DNA of 20,023 nucleotides. Origin: an uncultured bacterium. Its GTDB lineage: Bacteria > SAR324 > NAC60-12. The notes below the pieces were generated by a model. That model was not told where the DNA came from. It worked only from the letters and a program-made list of their open reading frames with translations, and searched no databases. Numbering within the stretch: position 1 is the first letter of the stretch; every line of letters begins with the position of its first letter. This document shows, piece by piece, positions 1 to 9,316 of this stretch. The stretch is from positions 1-20,023 of the forward strand of contig CAXGMD010000065.1 of the NCBI GenBank assembly GCA_964010765.1, written 5' to 3'. A program made the translations under genes and the position numbers.

Positions 1-929
1 GAGCTGCTGCCTTCGTGGAAGAGGTGCTCTTTCAGCTTCAGACCTTTGATCCCAATGGAGTGGGAGCTCGCAGTTTGCAGGAATGTCTGCTGATTCAACT
101 GCGCTTATTGGGCCGGAGTGATGAGTTGTGCTATCGAATCGTTGAGCATGACATGGAGCTGCTGGAATGCAAGGATCTGAAACGAATTGCACGTCGTCAG
201 AAGCAGGACCTGGAGCGAGTGTTGGAGGCCTACCGTGAAATCATGGCACTGGAACCCAAGCCTGGTCGCTCTTTCACCCCTCCCCCTTCCCACCACTACA
301 TCATCCCCGACGTCTTCATCTACCAGGTCAACAACGAATACAAGGTTGCTCTGAACGCTCACGGCATGCCGCGGTTGCGCATCAGCAACTACTACCGAGA
401 GCTTGTGGACAACATGGCAGAAGACGGCAACTTGACGAAGGAGTACATCCAAGAGAAAATAAAAGCGGGCCAGTGGTTGATGAAGAGTATCGAGCAGCGA
501 CAGAAGACGATCTACAAGGTGACCAAGAGTATTCTGCGCTTCCAGCGAAGTTTCTTCGAAAAAGGCATCCACTTCCTCAAACCGCTAGTACTCAAGGATG
601 TAGCGGAAGATATCGATGTGCACGAGTCAACGGTCAGTCGTATCACGACCAACAAGTACGTGCATACGCCACAGGGCATCTTTGAACTAAAATATTTTTT
701 CACCAGCGGCATTGATCAGGAGCAGGGTGAAGCCGTCTCTTCCAAGCGGATCAAGGACATGATCCAGCAGATGGTCCAGAACGAAGATGTGCGTTCCCCC
801 TATACAGATCTGCAGATTGCGGATATCCTGCAAAAACGCAGTTCCATCAAGGTTGCACGCCGTACGGTTGCCAAGTATCGGGAGGCACTCAATATCCTGC
901 CTTCCAATAAACGCAAACAATTGTTCTGA
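1..929 (+). CDS. rpoN: RNA polymerase sigma-54 factor, 5'-truncated by the window edge
   Basis: Contains QTFDPNGVGARSLQECLLIQL (core-binding region), the HTH PLVLKDVAEDIDVHESTVSR, ELKYFF and the RpoN box ARRTVAKYRE. The frame is open from the window start, so GTG at 15 is not the true start. Confidence 0.97.
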   Translation, partial: AAAFVEEVLFQLQTFDPNGVGARSLQECLLIQLRLLGRSDELCYRIVEHDMELLECKDLKRIARRQKQDLERVLEAYREIMALEPKPGRSFTPPPSHHYIIPDVFIYQVNNEYKVALNAHGMPRLRISNYYRELVDNMAEDGNLTKEYIQEKIKAGQWLMKSIEQRQKTIYKVTKSILRFQRSFFEKGIHFLKPLVLKDVAEDIDVHESTVSRITTNKYVHTPQGIFELKYFFTSGIDQEQGEAVSSKRIKDMIQQMVQNEDVRSPYTDLQIADILQKRSSIKVARRTVAKYREALNILPSNKRKQLF

Positions 930-939
930 GAAAGCAGTT

Positions 940-1731
940 ATGGGTATTTTCAATCGTTTCGTCAACGTCCTGCGCGCCAACGCCAACGCCGCATTGGACC
1001 AAGCTGAAGATCCGGAGTTGATGCTGACACAGATGATCAGCGATCTGGAAACCCAAAAGAGAGAGGCCAAGCAGCGGATGACTGAAGCGCTGGCCCTGCA
1101 AAAACGATTTGAGCGCCAGACGGAGCAGGAAGAAGCTGAGGCGCAGAAGTGGGAAGATAAGGCCGTGCTGGCGGTACAGAAGGGCAAAGATGATTTGGCG
1201 AAAGACGCTCTGATGCGCAAGAAAGAGCACGCTCGTCGTTCCGAAGAGTTCCGGCAGCAGCTTGCTTCCCATGCTCGCAACTCAGATTTGCTCCGAGATG
1301 GCTATCAGCAACTGGAAGACAAGATCGAAGAGATCAAACGTAAGAAGAGCTTGCTCGTTGCCAAGCAGAAGCAGGCAGAAGCCCAGGAACAGATCTACCA
1401 AACGATTGAGGGGCTTGGAGACAACGTCAGCGCAATGGAGGCCATTGACCGGGCGGAAGAGAAGATCGAGCAGATGTCAGCACGGGCAGAGGCGTATCAG
1501 GAGTTGAGCCTGGAAGACAGTCGCGAAAGCCTGGACAAAAAATTCAAGGAGCTGGAGCACGAATCTCCAGATATGGATGACGAACTCATGGCCCTTAAGC
1601 AACGAGCCCTGCCGGATGCCCAGAAAAAGCTACCTGAGACCACGACCGCTCCAGAGGCCCCAGCTGAAGAGGAAGACAAACCGATTATTCCTCCAGTCAG
1701 CAACATCGGCATGTTCGGTAAAATGAAGTAA
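940..1731 (+). CDS. pspA: PspA/IM30 (Vipp1) family protein, 263 aa
   Basis: Typical N-terminus MGIFNRFVNVLRANANAALDQAEDPELML, AVQKGKDDLAKDAL motif, coiled coil and DDELMALKQR. ATG at 940 lies 10 nt after the rpoN stop. The ORF-track start at 787 lies inside rpoN. Confidence 0.93.
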   Translation: MGIFNRFVNVLRANANAALDQAEDPELMLTQMISDLETQKREAKQRMTEALALQKRFERQTEQEEAEAQKWEDKAVLAVQKGKDDLAKDALMRKKEHARRSEEFRQQLASHARNSDLLRDGYQQLEDKIEEIKRKKSLLVAKQKQAEAQEQIYQTIEGLGDNVSAMEAIDRAEEKIEQMSARAEAYQELSLEDSRESLDKKFKELEHESPDMDDELMALKQRALPDAQKKLPETTTAPEAPAEEEDKPIIPPVSNIGMFGKMK

Positions 1732-1751
1732 CTTCCCTCTTGAGTCGACGT

Positions 1752-2027
1752 TCAGCCCCTACGCAGTTGTGGTTGACGTCGACGCCGGCCTTCCTCTCGT
1801 CGTGTCACTGCGGGTTTCTGCTGCAGCGGCACTCCCAGCGCAACTTCCTGATTCATCAATAGCGGTCTCAAGATTGGAACCGAACTTAGGGGCACTTCCT
1901 GATCGCACTGTATCAGGCACGCAATGATCCGCTCTCGGGTTGATTCATCCAGAAACAAGCTACGTAACTGCACCCACTCCGTACTTTCCCAATCCAGCTC
2001 TTGGGAAGGAGCCTTTTCCTTGCGCAT
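1752..2027 (-). CDS. hypothetical protein, about 91 aa, basic Arg-rich C-terminus
   Basis: ORF fills the gap between pspA and the next gene. ATG at 2027 has a GGGAG Shine-Dalgarno-like sequence about 8 nt upstream (alternative start 2057). No family recognised. Confidence 0.55.
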   Translation of the reverse strand: MRKEKAPSQELDWESTEWVQLRSLFLDESTRERIIACLIQCDQEVPLSSVPILRPLLMNQEVALGVPLQQKPAVTRREEGRRRRQPQLRRG

Positions 2028-2068
2028 AGGGATACTCCCGATCTGAAGAATATTCATCCATGAAGTAT

Positions 2069-2130
2069 GTTGGGTTGTCCGATTCAGTTACGATAAAAGC
2101 ATTGTCGTACTGAAGGGGGGCATACCCAAC
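2069..2130. repeat. long imperfect inverted repeat (about 25-bp hairpin) in an intergenic region
   Basis: Pairings: GTTGGGT 2069-75 with ACCCAAC 2124-30; TGTCC 2076-80 with GGGCA 2118-22; TTCAG 2083-87 with CTGAA 2110-14; TACGATAA 2089-96 with TTGTCGTA 2102-09. Loop is AAGCA. Confidence 0.75.
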
Positions 2131-2170
2131 TCGTCAGCGCTGCCGCTACAATAACCAGAAATTGTTATGT

Positions 2171-3382
2171 TTAGGGCGATTTGCTGACCCATTGAAGCTG
2201 CACGTGCAATTGTTGGACTGTTTGCCCTTTCAACTCAACGGAACGTTGCAGATTGAGTTCAACCGTGTCGACAAAGGGGAGTTTTTCAAACTGCTGTAGA
2301 ATGCTAGCAATGTGAATCGGGTCTATCAGCAACAGGATCAGATTGGCACCAGTGGGGGTAAGCTGCATCTGCTCCAGCCAGGATTCTCCCAAGGCGTTTG
2401 AGATCGCATCCAGGTAATCAATGTTTACACGAGGACGAGCCGCGATTTCAGCTTTCCAGGCTTTACGAATTTGCTCGCGTTGTAGATCAACCGTGGGATT
2501 CTCCTTACGGTGTTGCTCCAGGCGGGCTTCCAGTTGTCGCAGCTCCAGGCGCAGTTGATCTCGTTGTGATTCCCAGTGATGAATGGTGAAAGCCCCACCT
2601 GCAATACTGAGCAGCACGAACAAGACGGCCACCCAACGAAGGATACGTTTGAGCGAAGTTCGCGGACGATACCACTGAAAATTCTTCTCGGGATGTGGTG
2701 TTTGTAGAATTTGTTGAAGCAGGGAGCGGTTCAGTTCTCCGTGGTCATCGACCAAGCGTTGTTCCTGTCAGGGAACCTGATCAAGCAGATCTTCCCGCCA
2801 GAGTTCCTCGGTTTGACGTTCCCACTGGGGTAGTGACCAGAGTTGTTGCAGGCTTCCACCATGCCAACGAAGGATTGTAGTCTGTCCCAAGCCTTTGAGC
2901 AGCCAGTCTCCTTCGGTGGGCAGGGTCTGGGACCATGGTAGTAGCGCTGGTAAGACCTGTAGCGGACGTGATCTTCCTTGTGTAAGTAAGCGTTGTAGCT
3001 CGCGAGCCTGTGGACTGAGTTGGGCCAGGAGAGTTTTTGGGGGAGAACCTTTGAGGTGTTGCCAACCGACAGGTTGTTGTGGTCCAGGTAGTTCAGGTAG
3101 TTGAAGATGATGACGCAGGTAGAAGGGCCATTCTTCCGTACGGACAGGGAGGGTCTCTGCTGCTTCCAGCCAAATCCAGGGGAGTTCCAGTAGCAGTCGA
3201 CAGCGTTTGTATTGCTGGCCTTTGAGCAGTTCAACAACTGTTGCGGGCTGGATGGGCTCAGTCTGTTGATGCCAACAGAGGATTTGATTTGCCTGGATCA
3301 GACAGCAGGAGTGTTTTCCCAACCAGATGTGCAGGGTGTGGAAGTCCTGCCAGCGTTTAGAACGCCATGCGGGGAGACGCAT
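2171..3382 (-). pseudogene. GspL / PilM-PilN-like protein (cytoplasmic domain, TM helix, coiled coil, PilN-like periplasmic domain) interrupted by one in-frame TGA at 2768-2770
   Basis: ORFs 2768..3403 and 2171..2755 are in the same frame, separated only by TGA plus 4 sense codons (QVP*QEQRLVDD). The 3' part has a TM helix (WVAVLFVLLSIAGGAFTI) and a PilN-like LDAISNALGESWLEQMQLT. Likely start is ATG 3382, 1 nt after the malQ stop. It could instead be two separate genes. Confidence 0.55.
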
Positions 3383-3383
3383 C

Positions 3384-4889
3384 TCACACAGGTGCTCGAC
3401 CATAGATCTGTGTCCACTGGCGGAGGGACGTCAGATCCAGGGATTCCAAGGATTCCCAGCGGCAGCGCCACTGCCAGTTCCCTTCTGCAGTACCCGGAAT
3501 ATTGAAACGGCAACTTGCGTCCAAGTTGAGCCAATCCTGCAATGGAGCGATCGCCCAGACTGCTGGAGAAGACCAGACCAGTCTCATCAGGGCAGGACTG
3601 ACAGTGCCTTCGTCCACGGGTTGTTGAAGGTAATCTTGAACCTGCAGCTGCTGAGCAGCACTCAATTCCTGCCACCATCCACGAGTGGTGTTGTTGTCGT
3701 GAGTGCCTGTATAGGCGACTGCTCGAGGACTATAGCTGTGGGGTAGGAAGGGATGCTGGGGATCATTGTAGAAAGCGAATTGCAGCACCTTCATTCCTGG
3801 AAAGCCACAGTCACGTCTCAAGGCATGTACCTCTGGGGTGATGAGACCCAAATCCTCGGCTACAATCGGTAACTCCCCCAGCGCAGCTCTCAGCGATTTG
3901 AATAACTCCAAACCTGGACCAGCTTCCCATTCACCGACCACAGCCGTGGGTTCACTGGCAGGAATAGACCAGAAGGACTCAAATCCTCGGAAGTGATCGA
4001 TCCTTACCCATTGCACCCAGCGCAGCAGCGCAGAGAGTCTTTGTTTCCAGAAGGAATAGTCTTCTGCTGCAAGAGCCCGCCAATCATAGAGAGGATTGCC
4101 CCAGCGTTGGCCTGTCTCGCTGAAATAGTCAGGCGGCACACCGGCTACGTGGGAAGGTTGTCCGTCTTCCTCCAGTTGAAACCATTGTCGATGAGCCCAA
4201 ACCTCGGCACTGTCGTAGGCTACGAAAATTGGGATGTCTCCGAAGAATTCGACCTTCCGCTGAGTAGCATAATCTCGTAGACGCTGCCACTGACGGTCAA
4301 AGATGAATTGTTGCCATTGTACTTCGGTGATTGTTGCTGCGTGTTCGGCTCGAAACTGGGTCAGTGCTTGGGGTTCTCTTTGTTTAAGGTGAGTGGGCCA
4401 TTGATCCCAGGATGTTCCCCCACAATGTTCCTTGATTGCCATGAAGAGTGCGAAATCATCCAGCCAATGGACTTTCTGCAAACAATAATCTGCAAAGGCG
4501 TTTCGATCTTCTTCAGAAGCTTGTTGTTGAAAGTTTTGAAAGGCTTGATGTAGTTGAGACTGTTTCCAGGAAGCAACCTGAGGAAAGTCAACTTGATCAA
4601 TAGGGAAATCTGGCAGGAATTCCGGAGCCTCCCAATAGCCCTCTTCCTGTAGCAACTCAAAGCTGATCAGTAATGGATTGCCGGCAAATGCAGAGGGAGA
4701 TTGGTAAGGCGAATAGCCAAAGGAGGTAGGCCCAAGTGGTAGGACCTGCCAGAGTGTCAGGCCAGTTGCTTCAAGCAGATCGACAAAGCGATAAGCCGTT
4801 GGACCCAGATCCCCGATACCATGTGGACCGGGGAGAGCGGTTGGATGGAGTAGAATCCCACCCCGCCGCTGTGTGAAGGCATCAGTCAT
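3384..4889 (-). CDS. malQ: 4-alpha-glucanotransferase (amylomaltase, GH77), about 501 aa
   Basis: Motifs GILLHPTALP, WQVLPLGPT, GDIPIFV, AGVPPDYFSETGQRWGNPLY, RIDHFRGF, IVAEDLG and YTGTHDNNT. ATG 4889 overlaps the upstream stop (ATGACTGA). Confidence 0.97.
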   Translation of the reverse strand: MTDAFTQRRGGILLHPTALPGPHGIGDLGPTAYRFVDLLEATGLTLWQVLPLGPTSFGYSPYQSPSAFAGNPLLISFELLQEEGYWEAPEFLPDFPIDQVDFPQVASWKQSQLHQAFQNFQQQASEEDRNAFADYCLQKVHWLDDFALFMAIKEHCGGTSWDQWPTHLKQREPQALTQFRAEHAATITEVQWQQFIFDRQWQRLRDYATQRKVEFFGDIPIFVAYDSAEVWAHRQWFQLEEDGQPSHVAGVPPDYFSETGQRWGNPLYDWRALAAEDYSFWKQRLSALLRWVQWVRIDHFRGFESFWSIPASEPTAVVGEWEAGPGLELFKSLRAALGELPIVAEDLGLITPEVHALRRDCGFPGMKVLQFAFYNDPQHPFLPHSYSPRAVAYTGTHDNNTTRGWWQELSAAQQLQVQDYLQQPVDEGTVSPALMRLVWSSPAVWAIAPLQDWLNLDASCRFNIPGTAEGNWQWRCRWESLESLDLTSLRQWTQIYGRAPV

Positions 4890-6225
4890 TGTTACGCAAG
4901 AAAACCAGGTCACGAATATCTGGAGCGATGATAGGTTCTTCCACCTTGAAGCTGTTGGTGTCCATCATCCGCATGACGCGATCAGCGAGGTCTTCCAGAC
5001 GACCAGCGTGTCGTACCCGAATCGAAATGATCGAAGGAACCGAGTTATCGAAGCTGAGGTAGCGGAAGGTCTTGTCTTCTTTGTCCTGAATCATACGTCG
5101 CAAGCGACCCCCGTCGTTTTTATCAAAACCTCGGAAGACAAGGTCATAAGCAACCAGAGCATCTCGGTCAATCGAGATGGTCGACATCTCCTTGAGTACC
5201 TGAGGCACAAACTCCTGTTGCATCTCCTGATAGGCGTCCTGCACAAGCCCTGCGATCATTGCTGACTGCACAGAGTTTGGGCCAGCACGACGTGAGACGT
5301 TGATAACAGTGTTGGCGAAGGCTCCTCCACGGTCACTGGCGATGTTCTTGGCTGTCACATTGAGCGAGAGAGCCAGGTCTCCCTGTACGTTGCCACTCAC
5401 TGCAAAGATATTGACCTCAATCACTACCTTGGCCAGTTGACGTAGGACATTGAGTCCACTTTCGTAAAACTCGTCACTGAGCTGAATTTGTTCAGCCAGC
5501 AGGTTCCCATCGCTGTTGGAATCACTGAGGAGTGCCATGAACTGATCCTTGGAGATGGTGGCGATCTCTCGTACAGCATCCTCATTGTTCTGCATCGATA
5601 TGATGGCATTACGGTAGTCCATCATCTGCAGACCTCGCTGATTCATGTCGGTCTGGATCTGGTTGAGGAAGGCTTCTTCCAGATCTGTGAAGGTGAAACC
5701 TGCGCTCGATAAGTCAATATTCTTCCGGTTGGTGATGATCGCTACCAAGGCATTCTGACTGGTGTTGATCAACTTCAGGTCCTTTTGCAGGGCGACCAGA
5801 ACCTTCTGGCGATTGACCTTGAACGCGGCGGAGATGCCATAGTATTGACCCATGAAAATACGGCGCTCGCCAACAACTTCCTGATCATCCACGTAGTTGT
5901 TGATGTTTCGCGAGAGGTAGTCTTCAATTTTTTCGTAATTCTCATTATAGGTCGATGAAGGCAACAACTCGCGCACCGTTTCATCAACAGCAACTACGGT
6001 AGCCAACTCGACAGCTTTGGTCTTGGCAGCCCGTAGATCGTTCTGCTTGATGAAGGACTTGGTCTTGACCTGAATCACCCGAACATCTGGGGAATCTTCG
6101 GCCAGTGTTGGGCGACCAGACACATCAGCAAGGGTGAGGAATTCCTCTGGAGGAGGTGGTTCTGGTTTAGATTTTGAGCAGGCTACCAGCGCTACCGTCA
6201 GCAGCAAAAGCGCAATGTGTTTCAT
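4882..6225 (-). CDS. lipoprotein of unknown function, 447 aa (possible FlgT-N/CsgG-like domains)
   Basis: Signal peptide with lipobox LVAC (Cys16) and a Pro-rich linker. DLRAAKTKAVELATVVAV is reminiscent of the FlgT N-terminal helix; the domain call is tentative. Confidence 0.8.
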   Translation of the reverse strand: MKHIALLLLTVALVACSKSKPEPPPPEEFLTLADVSGRPTLAEDSPDVRVIQVKTKSFIKQNDLRAAKTKAVELATVVAVDETVRELLPSSTYNENYEKIEDYLSRNINNYVDDQEVVGERRIFMGQYYGISAAFKVNRQKVLVALQKDLKLINTSQNALVAIITNRKNIDLSSAGFTFTDLEEAFLNQIQTDMNQRGLQMMDYRNAIISMQNNEDAVREIATISKDQFMALLSDSNSDGNLLAEQIQLSDEFYESGLNVLRQLAKVVIEVNIFAVSGNVQGDLALSLNVTAKNIASDRGGAFANTVINVSRRAGPNSVQSAMIAGLVQDAYQEMQQEFVPQVLKEMSTISIDRDALVAYDLVFRGFDKNDGGRLRRMIQDKEDKTFRYLSFDNSVPSIISIRVRHAGRLEDLADRVMRMMDTNSFKVEEPIIAPDIRDLVFLRNND

Positions 6226-6299
6226 GAGAGCAACTCGGTTGGAGAAAAGAGGATCAACTTACCAGTTTCATTATTCAGCAATCAGGCTCATGGATTGAT

Positions 6300-9044
6300 T
6301 TAACCTGTTGTGCGCAGTCCGCTGGCAATGGCGTTGACCGTAATCAGCAGTGGAACCAGCAATTTCTCGGCTTCTTCATCATAACCTTCAGCTTTTAATC
6401 CACGCCACTTGGGTAGCAGGTCAAGCTGTTGCCGATGTAGACTACGCAGTCCGTTGCGCCGTAGCTCAATACTTTTTTGAATCCTGGCTCGGCGTTCCTC
6501 CAAGGGACCTGCATAAAGCACTTCTAGCATGCTGCGGCTTCGTCGGTACTCCGTCAAGATTTGCAGCAAGAGTCGATTGCGGACTTCGGCATTAACAACC
6601 AATTTAGCGTATTGTGCGGTCACGTCTTCGTCAACCATTGCTAGGCTTGTCGCCACGTTACTGGTCAGATAGTGGAACGGATGCCAACTCAGGTTTTCCT
6701 CACAGAGTCTACCGAACACTTCGGGCTGGGCTTCTCGTAACTGCGATAAGGCCGTCCCTAGTCCATACCAACTGGAGAGAAAGAAACGAGACTGGCTCCA
6801 GGCAAAAACCCAGGGAATCGCCCGTAAATCAGAGAGGCTGCGTTGCCCACTCCGCCGTGAGGGGCGAGAACCAATCCGGCTGGATTCAATAACGTCAATC
6901 GGCGTGGCTTCACGAAAGAAATCGATGAACCCGTCTGCTTCCAGTAGTTGCCGATAGGCCTGTCGGCTGGACTCCATTAGGTCATCCATGACCCCTTCCA
7001 TAGGATTGTGCAGGCGTGGCTGATTTTCCTGAAGTAAGGAAGATCCAGCAGTCCCAGCGACCAGCATTTCCAGTTGATAGTGAGCCGTCCCCAGGTTGGC
7101 GTATTTCTGGGCGATGGTTTCCCCCTGCTCAGTCAAACGGAGATTGCCACCAATGGAACCATGAGGCAAGGCCCGGAGGAAGCGATGTGTAGGTCCGGCA
7201 CCACGACTGATTGTCCCCCCTCGTCCGTGGAAAAAGCGTAGAGAAATCCCGTGGGCCTGACCAATCTCCAACAACTTCTCCTGGGCTCGGAACAAGCTCC
7301 ATTGGCTCGCCAGAATACCCCCGTCCTTATTACTGTCGCTATAGCCGACCATGATCTGCTGGGTTGGTCGATCCCAACCAGTGGCCTGCTGTTGATAGCG
7401 CAGGCTGCGCTGGGTTAATGGATCTGCTAGAAAGCGCTGCATGATCGCAGGACTGGCAATCAGGTCATCAATCGTTTCGAAAAGAGGAACAATATGGATC
7501 GGACAGATCAATCCATCTTCTGTTTGGCGCAGTAGTCCGGCTTCGTTGGCCAAAAGATAAACAGACAGTAGATCTGAGGCGCTGCGGGTCATACTAACGA
7601 TGAAATTCCCGATTCCTTGCTCACCATGTGCTTCCATGTACTGACGTAGCACTCCGTAGCACTCTCGAATGGCAGTGGCTTGTGGACCGATTGGTGTGGT
7701 GCTCAGGGCAAAGGGACGATGTGTCTTTAGCTCCTGTTCCAGGAAATTGAGACGTGCTTCTTCTGACCAACTACCAAAGCTGGTGTCAGCAAATCCCGCA
7801 GTTTCCAGTAGTTGTTCAATAGCTTGGTCATGGAAACTACTGTTTTGACGAATGTCGAGAACGGCTAAGTGAAAGCCAAAGGTCTGTACCAACCGGATGA
7901 CCGGATCCACTTCCTGCCGGGCCATTCGGCCGGCTCCTACTTCCAGCAGAGACTCTCGTAGTAAGCGTAGATCCTGGAGCAAATCCTGAGAGCGTTGGTA
8001 GCTGAATTCACTGCGATTTCCCCGGGCGCTGCTCTCTGGTAATGCTTTGCAGAATAGCTCGACCAACTGCCTCCAGGGCTCACGGCGGAAACGATAGACA
8101 ACCTTGTCTCCACGACGTCCGAGGGCGTTCTGCAATTCAGTGATGCGTTGCTGTAGGATTGTTGGAACGGGCTGCCGGTGCTCAGCAAGGCTGAGGGTAT
8201 TGCGCAATGTCTCCAGTTGTTGTTGCAGTAGTTCCAGAGCAGTGGTGCGTAGACGTTTCAGGCAGATTTCAGTCACTTCTGCCGTGACGAGAGGGTGTCC
8301 ATCACGATCACCACCCACCCAGTTCCCAAAACTCAGCCGTGGAAAGTGACTGGGATCATCCAACAGGGCTGGATCAAACCCAACCTCTCGCCAGGCTTCA
8401 CGGAGACGTTGGTCCAGGGTAGGCAATATATTGGGGAAGACGTTACGCAGGTAGTGCAGGATGTTATCGAGTTCCTGCTCTAGTCCTGGTTTTTCAAGGT
8501 AGATCTCACCAGTACGCCAGAGTCGCTCGAGGATCGTGATGATTTCCTGGCGGATGCGCTCCTGTTCACTGGGAGTCCACATCTGATTTTCTCGCCGGAG
8601 CAGTAGCAGGTAAAACTCCCGATGATGATCCAGCACAGTTGGGCGCTTGGCTTCTGTTGGGTGGGCGGTCAGCACGGGTTCCACCCAAAGGTACGGAAGC
8701 CGAGTGGCAATCTGCTCCCCAGTCAGTCCTGCTTCTTTCAGAGATATCAGAATGCGTCGCCACAAACCGGATTCTTGCTCGTATTCTGGATGAGTTTCTG
8801 CGACTCGGCGGTATTGGGCCTGGGCATTTTCCTCAACCATGCTCAGCAGTTGAAAGGCGATCGAGTAGGCTTGTGCGGTCCGATCCAAGTGGAAGTCAGC
8901 CTCTGGATCTAGCCGCTGTTGATGGGCTCGCATCTGCTGGGCTAAGTCGGTTTCACCCAACTCGTCCAGCATTGTGCTGAAACAGTCCATCACAAAGCTG
9001 AAGTCTTCACTAATTTTCTGGTAGACGAATTCTTCCTGCCGCAT
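6300..9044 (-). CDS. ppc: phosphoenolpyruvate carboxylase, 914 aa
   Basis: Motifs VLTAHPTE, WVGGDRDGHP, IVPLFETIDDL, QIMVGYSDSNKDGG, FHGRGGTISRG, RLTEQGE, LRAIPWVFAWSQSR and C-terminal GLRTTG. Confidence 0.98.
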   Translation of the reverse strand: MRQEEFVYQKISEDFSFVMDCFSTMLDELGETDLAQQMRAHQQRLDPEADFHLDRTAQAYSIAFQLLSMVEENAQAQYRRVAETHPEYEQESGLWRRILISLKEAGLTGEQIATRLPYLWVEPVLTAHPTEAKRPTVLDHHREFYLLLLRRENQMWTPSEQERIRQEIITILERLWRTGEIYLEKPGLEQELDNILHYLRNVFPNILPTLDQRLREAWREVGFDPALLDDPSHFPRLSFGNWVGGDRDGHPLVTAEVTEICLKRLRTTALELLQQQLETLRNTLSLAEHRQPVPTILQQRITELQNALGRRGDKVVYRFRREPWRQLVELFCKALPESSARGNRSEFSYQRSQDLLQDLRLLRESLLEVGAGRMARQEVDPVIRLVQTFGFHLAVLDIRQNSSFHDQAIEQLLETAGFADTSFGSWSEEARLNFLEQELKTHRPFALSTTPIGPQATAIRECYGVLRQYMEAHGEQGIGNFIVSMTRSASDLLSVYLLANEAGLLRQTEDGLICPIHIVPLFETIDDLIASPAIMQRFLADPLTQRSLRYQQQATGWDRPTQQIMVGYSDSNKDGGILASQWSLFRAQEKLLEIGQAHGISLRFFHGRGGTISRGAGPTHRFLRALPHGSIGGNLRLTEQGETIAQKYANLGTAHYQLEMLVAGTAGSSLLQENQPRLHNPMEGVMDDLMESSRQAYRQLLEADGFIDFFREATPIDVIESSRIGSRPSRRSGQRSLSDLRAIPWVFAWSQSRFFLSSWYGLGTALSQLREAQPEVFGRLCEENLSWHPFHYLTSNVATSLAMVDEDVTAQYAKLVVNAEVRNRLLLQILTEYRRSRSMLEVLYAGPLEERRARIQKSIELRRNGLRSLHRQQLDLLPKWRGLKAEGYDEEAEKLLVPLLITVNAIASGLRTTG

Positions 9045-9316
9045 GACATCCTTGGTAGTGAGATGACAAAATTCCTCCCCAGAAATTTTCTAGTTGTCTT
9101 TGAAACAGGGATCGACTGCCGGAGATTTGCCGTCTGAAAAGGATGAAGGATCTTTTTGGATAGCAGCAATGAGTGGTCAAAATGAAGATGAATTGATTTG
9201 TGACAAAAGCTGCGTTCGATCCAGTCAGGCGAGTGGATTTGGGGCAGGTCTCCTCAGGAAATTAAGATGCGGCAAGGCAGAAAGGGGTGCAAGCTTTCAT
9301 TACGCAGTTGCGAAAT

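Noticed and set aside
787..939. Track-suggested N-terminal extensions of pspA (and likewise cobS to 10270, malQ to 4913 and the large lipoprotein to 15888)
   Set aside because: They overlap neighbouring genes. The downstream ATGs give family-typical N-termini or signal peptides.
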